From a virus (taxonomy: Duplodnaviria; Caudoviricetes), in IMG/VR virus record IMGVR_UViG_3300012942_000083, positions 1-40,000 of that record: DNA of 40,000 nt. The stretch is one strand, 5' to 3'. The notes beneath the pieces are model-generated. The model worked only from the letters and a program-made list of their open reading frames with translations. It was not told the DNA's origin and did not search any database. Shown here piece by piece: positions 24,156-31,423 of the stretch; the first letter of the stretch is position 1, and each line of letters starts with the position of its first letter. Position numbers and translations under genes: made by a program.

Positions 24156-25063
24156 GCATCGCCCAGATGACCCTCGCGTGGCGGCTGAACGTGTCGCCCA
24201 CCCAGAAGCTCGTTCTGCTGTCGCTGGCCGACAACGCGAGCGACCCGGGCGAGTGCTATCCATCTATCGCGCAAATCGTGTCACGTACTTGCCTGTCTGA
24301 GCGTGCCGTGCGTCAGGCGATTCGTGCATTGGAGGACATGGGAGCGATACACAGCGAGAAGCGGCGGGGCACCAGTACGGTCTATTTTCTGACCCTGTCC
24401 GAGGTAATTGAGACTCAGGCACCCCGGCACGACGTGCCCCCCAGGGGGGCAGGAGATGCCCCCCAATCAGACGACCCGGGCAATGACACCCCGGCAGCAG
24501 ATGCCCCCCAGGGGGGCAGCACGTGCCCCCCGGCAGCAGATGCACCCCGGCAGCAGATGCCCCCCACCCCGGCAGCAGATGCCCCCCCACCCCGGCACGA
24601 CGTGCCCCCCAGGGGGGCAGGAGATGCCCCCAAACCATCACTTAACCATCAATTGAACCGTCATGGAACCGTAAAACCATCATCGCGTGCGAGCACGAAA
24701 CCCGGTGCCGACCGCGACACGCTGCTGGCCATGCCTCTGCCGGACTGGCTGCCGATGCAATCCTGGGCGGATTGGGTGGACCACCGCCTTACCGTCAAGT
24801 CTCCGATGACCGAGCGCGCCGCCGACTTGGCCCTTCGCCACCTCGATCGACTGCGGAAAGCCGGCAATGACCCAGTGCTGGTCATCGAGCAGAGCGTACG
24901 CAGCGGGAAGTGGACGGACCTGTACCCGCTGCGCGATCAGCAGCAACGAGGTGCACCGGCGTTTGGGCGCCAGCAGCGCACAGAAGCTGAACACCAGAGA
25001 TTTTTGCAATTGACCGGCGGCTTTCTCGATGACGGCCGCACTATCGACGCGGAGAGTCCGTGA
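24152..25063 (+). CDS. Replication initiator (N-terminal winged HTH)
   Basis: KLVLLSLAD...CYPSIAQI...LSERAVRQAI..LE..G; internal iterons; C-terminal LPDWLP...W..W..HR. Confidence 0.85.
   Translation: MSIAQMTLAWRLNVSPTQKLVLLSLADNASDPGECYPSIAQIVSRTCLSERAVRQAIRALEDMGAIHSEKRRGTSTVYFLTLSEVIETQAPRHDVPPRGAGDAPQSDDPGNDTPAADAPQGGSTCPPAADAPRQQMPPTPAADAPPPRHDVPPRGAGDAPKPSLNHQLNRHGTVKPSSRASTKPGADRDTLLAMPLPDWLPMQSWADWVDHRLTVKSPMTERAADLALRHLDRLRKAGNDPVLVIEQSVRSGKWTDLYPLRDQQQRGAPAFGRQQRTEAEHQRFLQLTGGFLDDGRTIDAESP
24420..24631. repeat. Origin iterons inside the initiator gene
   Basis: 44-bp direct repeat at 24420-24463 and 24588-24631 flanking four GGCAGCAGATGC units (24493, 24532, 24549, 24571); each unit is a GGCA-N5-TGC(C) dyad. 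Confidence 0.85.
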
Positions 25064-25803
25064 TGCACACCAACGACAATGACAAGTTTGGCCGGTTGCT
25101 GGCTGGCGTTTTCGAGGTCTACAACCGGCCCACGCCGTCGGCTGAGGCGATGAGCGTGTGGTGGCGAATCCTGCAACCCTATCCGATCGAGGCTGTCAGC
25201 CAAGTCTTCGGGCAGTACACCCGATCTGAACCGAAATTTCCGCCCACGCCGGCGCAGATCCTGGTCATGCTCGGGGAGGGTTCGGGCGATAACCGTCCCG
25301 AGGCCGATGAAGCCTGGGCCATCGCGCTGCGCGCCACCGATGAGGCGGCAACGGTCGTCTGGACCGATGAAATCGCGCAGGCCATGGCGGCGGCCCGGCC
25401 GGTCCTGGCAGCCGGCGATGAGGTTGGTGCCCGGATGGCGTTTCGCGCGGCTTACAACCGCCTGGTTTCCGATGCCCGGGGCGCGCGCCGGCCGGTTCAA
25501 TGGACTGCATCCCTCGGGCACGATCCGGAACAACGCCAGCGAGCGCTCGAGCAGGCCGTGCAGGCTCAGCTGCTGCCGGCGCCCACCGTCGCCGCGCTCC
25601 TGTCGGCGCCAGAGGAGCCTGAACCGGTCGCAGGCGACGTGGTGGAAGCAAACCTGCAACGCTTGCGCCAGATGCTGGGCGCCGCGTTCGAACCTCGGCC
25701 ATCCACGGCAGAGAAAGCCAACGCCGCCGAGCGTGATCGTCTGGCCGGCCTGAAAGCTGCCTCCGACGCAAAAGTCGACCAGTACCTGGGAGAACAGGCA
25801 TGA
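25060..25803 (+). CDS. Replication accessory protein (helicase loader/inhibitor-like, gene P position)
   Basis: Follows the initiator; WW..L..Y, FPPTPAQI, RP.ADEAW motifs. Confidence 0.65.
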   Translation: MMHTNDNDKFGRLLAGVFEVYNRPTPSAEAMSVWWRILQPYPIEAVSQVFGQYTRSEPKFPPTPAQILVMLGEGSGDNRPEADEAWAIALRATDEAATVVWTDEIAQAMAAARPVLAAGDEVGARMAFRAAYNRLVSDARGARRPVQWTASLGHDPEQRQRALEQAVQAQLLPAPTVAALLSAPEEPEPVAGDVVEANLQRLRQMLGAAFEPRPSTAEKANAAERDRLAGLKAASDAKVDQYLGEQA

Positions 25804-26261
25804 ACAGCTACGCCGAAGCCAGCGCCGCAGTCTCGGGCGAGGGTGAATCCCGCCACGGCATGTGTGCCGCACCCGGATGTTGCCTGCCGGGGGTGTTATC
25901 GCCTAGCACGACCGGCTCGAAGGACTGGTGGTGCACGGTGCACTTTCAGATGCCGCGCGCCGAGCACGACGCGGCTACGGCGCTCATCGCCAACCGCCGC
26001 GAGCTCTGGCAGATCGCCCGGCAACTGACCAACCCGGAACAACCAGGCGCCGATTTTGCCGCGCTGCGCGCCCGGGTCAAGGTGTTGCGCCCGGATCTGG
26101 TCAAGGGCGCCCATGAAAAGCGCTGGAGCCTGGGCTCCCACATGATCGCCGTCCTGTTTCGCGAGTGCCGCACGCCCCAGGCGCACATGGGCGCCCCGAA
26201 ACAAGGGAGTGCCGGCGCGTCCTGGATGGATGCTTCCTGCTCGGAGGAAATTGACGCATGA
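25800..26261 (+). CDS. Hypothetical protein with a Cys/His cluster
   Basis: CAAPGC...WWCTVH; coupled. Confidence 0.7.
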   Translation: MNSYAEASAAVSGEGESRHGMCAAPGCCLPGVLSPSTTGSKDWWCTVHFQMPRAEHDAATALIANRRELWQIARQLTNPEQPGADFAALRARVKVLRPDLVKGAHEKRWSLGSHMIAVLFRECRTPQAHMGAPKQGSAGASWMDASCSEEIDA

Positions 26262-27001
26262 ACCTACATTCCTTGGCCGACGTGCCCGACGAATTTCCGC
26301 CTGCCGGCGCCTCGGACCTGATCGAAAAACCGGAAGTTGGAACCGCGGACGAGTTTTTGGACGGTGGGGCTGGAGTCGCCCGCCAAACGGTCGAAACCCG
26401 CATGAATAGGCGCGTGCCCGGCGGGCGCGAAGTGGACGAGATCAACATCAACATCCTGGCGCTGGACCTTGGAAATCACGCCGGATGGGCAGTGCGCCGG
26501 CGAGATGGCTCGATCAGCCACGGTACCGAATCGTTCGCACCGCGCGCCAGCTGGACACCCGGCCAGCGTTGGCAGCGATTCCGGTCGTGGTTGTCCGCAT
26601 TGATCGTCGAAGAGCAGATCCACGCGATTGCCTACGAAATCGTCATGCAAGGGCAAGGTCGTTCCAGCATCGCCGCCGGCGACGTGTACGGCGGCTTCAA
26701 GGCGCTCATCGAGCTTGCAGCCGACAGCCATAACCTCGATCTATATCCGGTGCACGTCGCCACCGTGAAAAAGCACTGGACCGGCGACGGTCGCGCCAAG
26801 AAGCCGGACATGATTGCGGAGGCCAGGCGCCGCGGCTACCGCCCCGACACAGACAATGCAGCCGACGCACTGGCCATCCTCGACTGGGCCATAGCCCGCG
26901 AAACCGGCGCCTGGAAGCCGACACCGAAGCGGCCCAAGTCGAAGGCCACGAAAAAGCCCGGGCCGGTGTCGCAGGATTGGCTCTGGGGACAACACCCATG
27001 A
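26258..27001 (+). CDS. RuvC-like Holliday junction resolvase with acidic N-terminal extension
   Basis: ILALDLG..GWA, IAYE, KKHWTG.G.A.K..M, DNAADALAI motifs. Confidence 0.82.
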   Translation: MNLHSLADVPDEFPPAGASDLIEKPEVGTADEFLDGGAGVARQTVETRMNRRVPGGREVDEININILALDLGNHAGWAVRRRDGSISHGTESFAPRASWTPGQRWQRFRSWLSALIVEEQIHAIAYEIVMQGQGRSSIAAGDVYGGFKALIELAADSHNLDLYPVHVATVKKHWTGDGRAKKPDMIAEARRRGYRPDTDNAADALAILDWAIARETGAWKPTPKRPKSKATKKPGPVSQDWLWGQHP

Positions 27002-27450
27002 AACCACGCATCCGAATCGCCTGGGACGGCGGCTGGGTTTGCTTCGACGACATGATCGAGCAACACGGCAGTACACCCCTGCAGGTGTACCTGAACTGGT
27101 CGGAATTCTCGAAGCGCTACGCCTTCAAGAAAAAGACGGCAAAGCCTCTGCGCCGGACCAGCAAGCAGTTTGCGGACAAGCCCGCGAAACACGGCCCATC
27201 CATCAACGTGCGCGCCGAACCGAAGGCCGCACCCAGGGAACCGCCACCATATTCCGAATCCATCGTCCGCCAGGTGCCCGGCACCCTGCAGCGTCCCGCC
27301 TATGTACCGCCGCGCAACTGGCGCATGGCTGTCGAGCGTGCTGCCGCAGTGCAGCCGCCCACGATATCCGTCTCCAGCGCTGGCCCGGCTGGCCGCACGC
27401 TGGATGACATTGGAAATATTCAAAAACCCGAACGCAAGGATACCTGGTGA
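26998..27450 (+). CDS. Hypothetical basic protein
   Basis: ATGA coupling at 26998. Confidence 0.6.
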   Translation: MKPRIRIAWDGGWVCFDDMIEQHGSTPLQVYLNWSEFSKRYAFKKKTAKPLRRTSKQFADKPAKHGPSINVRAEPKAAPREPPPYSESIVRQVPGTLQRPAYVPPRNWRMAVERAAAVQPPTISVSSAGPAGRTLDDIGNIQKPERKDTW

Positions 27451-27626
27451 TGAAAATAGGATTTTTTGGATTATTGGGCATCTTGCTCATCGCGTTCAAA
27501 CTCGCTGCAGTTGGCGTTGTCGCGTCCTGGTCATGGTGGCTTGTTCTGTCGCCGTTCTGGGCTCCTGTTGTCTTGCTCGTGGTGGGAGGCTTCTGCTACC
27601 TCTGCATAGTAGGAAAGCGATCTTAG
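27450..27626 (+). CDS. Small membrane protein with WSWWLVLSPFW motif (58 aa)
   Basis: Manually translated MKIGFFGLLGILLIAFKL...SWSWWLVLSPFW...; AAGGA ribosome-binding site; TGATG coupling. Confidence 0.72.
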   Translation: MKIGFFGLLGILLIAFKLAAVGVVASWSWWLVLSPFWAPVVLLVVGGFCYLCIVGKRS

Positions 27627-27628
27627 AG

Positions 27629-27826
27629 ATGGCCCTCGCATCGCCGAAATATCGAGATCCCGTCGACGTGCTCGAACGCAAGGAAGAGGGCCGACCAATC
27701 CGATCCTGTGCCGGATGCCTGTTTTTGTTTCTCACCGAAGACTGGCAAGGGCGCCGTGTCTTGAAATGCCGCCAGGACATGGAAGTGGGACAGCGTTGCA
27801 AACTTTACGAAGAGAGGGGCCGATGA
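27629..27826 (+). CDS. Small Cys-containing phage protein (65 aa)
   Basis: MALASPKYRDP..VLE.KE...SCAGC...C...RC..Y. Confidence 0.65.
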   Translation: MALASPKYRDPVDVLERKEEGRPIRSCAGCLFLFLTEDWQGRRVLKCRQDMEVGQRCKLYEERGR

Positions 27827-28416
27827 ACGAGCCTTTATTCAACACAGCACATCAAGCACTGAGCTTCGCGTACAACTTCAGCGAGTCCACGCTAAACCGG
27901 CCCATCATGAACCGACTGGCTGACAAGTTCAAACGCACCGGCAAAGGACTTTCGGGCATGGACGCGGCTGGTCAGGCAGGAATCATTCTGCGCCATCTGC
28001 GCAAGCTGCCACGCCTGCATCAAATGGTGCTGATCGCTCGATTCGCATCACGCGATAGCGAGTGTCCATGCTGCGGCGGCGCTGTTCGAAGCCTTATCTG
28101 GATGGGTGCCATTCGGGAAATATCGGACGCTGCCGTCACCCAGGCCCTGACTGGGCATATCACAATGCGGGCGCTGCGCGATGGAATCGTGATGCGCTAT
28201 TTCGGCGAAGAAATTCGGCTCGGTAAGCTAGCCAAGGCTGCCGAGGTGGCACCGAATACCGCGAGCAAGCAGAACAGCGAAATCTGCCGCTGGCTTCGCG
28301 GGTCTCGAAAACCGCCTCCCGGAGAGAAGCAGCCCATCAAGGGCCTGGAGCAGATGGCCCTGGACGATGCCGAGGGCGTCTTGTGGGACTCTGGAATAAT
28401 CGGCGCGGACTATTGA
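27823..28416 (+). CDS. Putative late antiterminator (Q position)
   Basis: Last early gene before a promoter-terminator pair; CPCC motif and C-terminal HTH-like segment; ATG at 27823. Confidence 0.65.
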   Translation: MNEPLFNTAHQALSFAYNFSESTLNRPIMNRLADKFKRTGKGLSGMDAAGQAGIILRHLRKLPRLHQMVLIARFASRDSECPCCGGAVRSLIWMGAIREISDAAVTQALTGHITMRALRDGIVMRYFGEEIRLGKLAKAAEVAPNTASKQNSEICRWLRGSRKPPPGEKQPIKGLEQMALDDAEGVLWDSGIIGADY

Positions 28417-28441
28417 CAGAAATCACGGTTTATCGCAAAAT
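28413..28441 (+). promoter_or_regulatory. Late promoter pR'-like
   Basis: TTGACA (28413-28418), 17-bp spacer, CAAAAT (28436-28441) at the end of the Q-like gene. Confidence 0.65.
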
Positions 28442-28475
28442 ACGGGTTAATTCACTAGGTTTCACCAGTGCGCCC

Positions 28476-28508
28476 AAAGCCCGCCAACGAGAGTTGCGCG
28501 GGCTTTTT
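28476..28508 (+). terminator. tR'-like intrinsic terminator
   Basis: AAAGCCCGC...GCGGGCTTTTT. Confidence 0.8.
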
Positions 28509-28509
28509 C

Positions 28510-28965
28510 GTGGGCGCCTCACGGTGTGACGAGCCGAAAATTCACCGGGCCATTGCTGGGGCCGACACGTCAAGAACGCAGCACGAATGGCAACGCGACA
28601 TGTTGCTCTCCTTAAATGGCAAGGACGGGGGCCGGGACAACCGTATGTGCCCGGATAAACGAGTTCTCTGCAACTGATGTCCGATTTCGGATATAGCGCT
28701 TCGCCCCACGTCACGGGGCACTCGATAAAATCAGATTACGGCCGCTGTCGGGATTTGCCACCCGGTCAGCGCGGACACTGCTTTTCTTCGACCAGAACGT
28801 TGTATTTCTGGACGGCCTACCTATAGATCAAAAGCAGGGTCCTTGCCAATGACATGGCTTCTTCTATAGAATTCGTTTATCAAGCGTAGAGAACTCATAG
28901 TCCTTGCCAGGTTTATGTCTCGTAGCTTGTGGGCGCCCTTGGGAAACCTCGGGCGCCTTTCTTTT
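28510..28965 (+). ncRNA. Candidate structured late-leader RNA
   Basis: Nested long-range helices and internal hairpins between two terminators; no credible ORF. Confidence 0.5.
28932..28965 (+). terminator. Intrinsic terminator
   Basis: GGCGCCC...GGGCGCC followed by TTTCTTTT. Confidence 0.7.
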
Positions 28966-29137
28966 GCCCGCGCTCATCGGTGGCAGCCGGCAGCAGGCCC
29001 CTGCACCCGGTGCCCCTCCTGCGATGTCTCCTCGCTTCCTCCGGGGCCGGCTGTCCACCCATGAGCGTCCATATTCTCCCGGCCCGGCCGAGCATTCCGC
29101 TCCTGGGCCGCTTTCCTTCCTGATTCCAGGAGTCCTC

Positions 29138-29344
29138 ATGGCCAAGCTCACTTCCCTGAAGCGTCACAGCCTGCCGAACGATGAGTTCGCATTGCCCACC
29201 GTGCGAAAGTATCCGATCGACACACGTGCCCGGGCAGCCAACGCCAAAGCCCGCGCCAGCCAGCAGCACGCTCGCGGAAACCTGAGCGCAGCCCAAGAGC
29301 AGCAAATCGACCGGCGCGCCGACCGCAAGCTCAAAAGCCGGTAA
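29138..29344 (+). CDS. Small basic conserved phage protein (68 aa)
   Basis: AGGAG ribosome-binding site; MAKLT...LP..EFALP..RKYPI...A.NAKARASQ pattern. Confidence 0.78.
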   Translation: MAKLTSLKRHSLPNDEFALPTVRKYPIDTRARAANAKARASQQHARGNLSAAQEQQIDRRADRKLKSR

Positions 29345-29454
29345 ATATGCGAAGTCCCGCCATTTCAAAAAAACCGACCCTCCAGAACGCCCGTAGAGCG
29401 ATTTAATCCGGCCGGTCCATATACAGACATCCCCCTTTTTCCCAGTTTCCCGTC

Positions 29455-29913
29455 ATGTCCAATTCCAAGAACCTCACCTCGAAGCAGGAAAGTTTCTGCT
29501 GCGCGTACCTGGAAACGGGTAACGCAAGCGAGGCCTACCGGCGCGTGTACAACGCCAAAGGGATGAAGCCTGCCACGGTGAACCGGACAGCGAAGGAACT
29601 GCTGGATAACCCCAAGATAACCGCAAGGCTGGCCGAGTTGCGCAAGCCCGTGGAGAAGCGCGCACAGATGACGGTGGAATCGCATCTGGCCCGGCTCGAT
29701 GAATTGGGTCGCGAAGCCCAGGAAGCCGGCTGGTACGCGCCAGCCATCGCCGCCGAGGTCAGTCGAGGCAAGGTCATGGGCTACTACATCGACCGTCAGG
29801 AAATCCGCACCGGCCTGCTCGATAGCACTCCCGACGCGGATCTCGACGACATCATCCGGCGCACTAAGGAAGAGATCGCGGCTCTGTCCGGCACCGCGCC
29901 CAGCGTCCACTGA
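29455..29913 (+). CDS. terS: Terminase small subunit
   Basis: LTSKQESFC.AY...GNASEAYR......A.ELL.NPKI. Confidence 0.9.
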   Translation: MSNSKNLTSKQESFCCAYLETGNASEAYRRVYNAKGMKPATVNRTAKELLDNPKITARLAELRKPVEKRAQMTVESHLARLDELGREAQEAGWYAPAIAAEVSRGKVMGYYIDRQEIRTGLLDSTPDADLDDIIRRTKEEIAALSGTAPSVH

Positions 29914-29998
29914 TTCATGTTCACCCCCGATTCATGCTGCACCTGCAGCAAAAAGTGTCGAAAAACTCGGGGTTATATGACGCGGCGCAGCAATAATC

Positions 29999-31423
29999 AT
30001 GGCGCTTGAAGATGTCCTGACCGACAACCCGAAGCGCAATCTGGCCATCCTGCTGCAGGAAAAAGCCCGGCGCGCCCGGCGCAACCGACTCAAGTACTAC
30101 AAGCCGTACGAGAAGCAGCGCGAGTTCCACGCCGCTGGAAAGGGTTATCGAGAACGCCTGTTCTCGGCCGGCAACCAGCTCGGAAAAACGGTGGCGGGAT
30201 CCTTCGAGACGGCCATGCACGCCACCGGCCGCTACCCGGAATGGTGGGAAGGCAAGACCTTCGATAAGGCCACCGTCGGCTGGGCTGCATCCGTCACGGG
30301 CGAACTGACCCGCGACGGCGTGCAGCGCCTCCTGCTGGGCCGACCTGGTCTATCACACGATCTGGGCACCGCAGCCATTCCGGCCGATGCAATCGTCGAA
30401 ACCAAGGCCGCCGTCGGTACGCCCAACGCCATTGCCCAGGTGATCGTTCGTCACGGTGGCGGCGGCGACATCCAGGCCGGCCACAGCGTCATCGGCTTTC
30501 GTTCCTACAACCAGGGCCGCGAGAAGTTCCAGGCCGAGACGCTGGATTACGTGTGGTTCGATGAGGAACCGCCGCTCGACATCTATTCCGAGGGCTTGAC
30601 GCGTACGAACACGACGCTGGGCCCGGTGTATCTGACCTTCACGCCATTGCTGGGCATGTCGCTGACCGTCATGCGCTTTCTGGTCGAGAAGGTCGCCGGC
30701 AGCACCGTGGTGTTCATGGGCATCTACGATGCCAAGCACTACACGAAAGAGCAGGCCGACGCGATCGTCGCCTCCTATCCGGAGCACGAGCGCGAGGCCC
30801 GCGCCTTCGGCAAGCCCGTGCTGGGCTCCGGTGCGGTCTTTCCCATTCCCGAGTCCGAGATCGTCATCCCGGGCTTTGCGATTCCCGACGCGTGGCACCG
30901 CATCGTTGGGATGGACCTGGGTTGGGATCACCCGACCGCAGCGGCCTGGCTCGCGCACAACCGCGATACCGACACCGTTTACCTGTACGACGTGTACAAG
31001 CGCAACAAGGCGGTACCGGCGATCCATGCCAGCGCGATCAAGGCGCGCGGCGATTGGATTCCGGTCGCGTGGCCCCACGATGCGCTGCAGACCCAGAAAG
31101 ACACCGGCATTCCGATGCGCGACACCTACATGGCCGAAGGCGTGGCCATGCTGCCAGAACGCGCGCAGTTCGAGGACGGTTCCTACGGCGTGGAGCCCGG
31201 CATCCAGATCATGCTCAATCGCATGCAGACCGGCCGCTTCAAGGTGTTCTCCAACTGCGAGGGCTGGCTCGAGGAGTACCGCCTCTACCACCGTAAGGAT
31301 GGCGTCATCGTCAAGCAGATGGACGATGCCATCGACGCAAGTCGCGCGGGCGTCATGAGCCTGCGCTATGCCGCAACGCGCTCGACCGAGCGCATCAATA
31401 TTTACCGAGAGGATTGGCGATAG
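29999..31423 (+). CDS. terL: Terminase large subunit (P22-like)
   Basis: Walker A AGNQLGKT, WFDEE, TFTP, nuclease motif GMDLGWDHP, DDAIDA. Confidence 0.95.
   Translation: MALEDVLTDNPKRNLAILLQEKARRARRNRLKYYKPYEKQREFHAAGKGYRERLFSAGNQLGKTVAGSFETAMHATGRYPEWWEGKTFDKATVGWAASVTGELTRDGVQRLLLGRPGLSHDLGTAAIPADAIVETKAAVGTPNAIAQVIVRHGGGGDIQAGHSVIGFRSYNQGREKFQAETLDYVWFDEEPPLDIYSEGLTRTNTTLGPVYLTFTPLLGMSLTVMRFLVEKVAGSTVVFMGIYDAKHYTKEQADAIVASYPEHEREARAFGKPVLGSGAVFPIPESEIVIPGFAIPDAWHRIVGMDLGWDHPTAAAWLAHNRDTDTVYLYDVYKRNKAVPAIHASAIKARGDWIPVAWPHDALQTQKDTGIPMRDTYMAEGVAMLPERAQFEDGSYGVEPGIQIMLNRMQTGRFKVFSNCEGWLEEYRLYHRKDGVIVKQMDDAIDASRAGVMSLRYAATRSTERINIYREDWR

Noticed and set aside
28430-29151. ORFs 28468..28677, 28430..28714, 28864..29151 and the 5' extension of 28904..29344
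   Set aside because: They cross terminators and structured RNA, lack ribosome-binding sites and are not protein-like; the credible start is ATG 29138
27450-29344. Lysis cassette near the Q-like gene, with 27450..27626 as a holin
   Set aside because: No endolysin or spanin in the window, and the small membrane gene lies upstream of the late promoter; lysis genes are probably beyond the window
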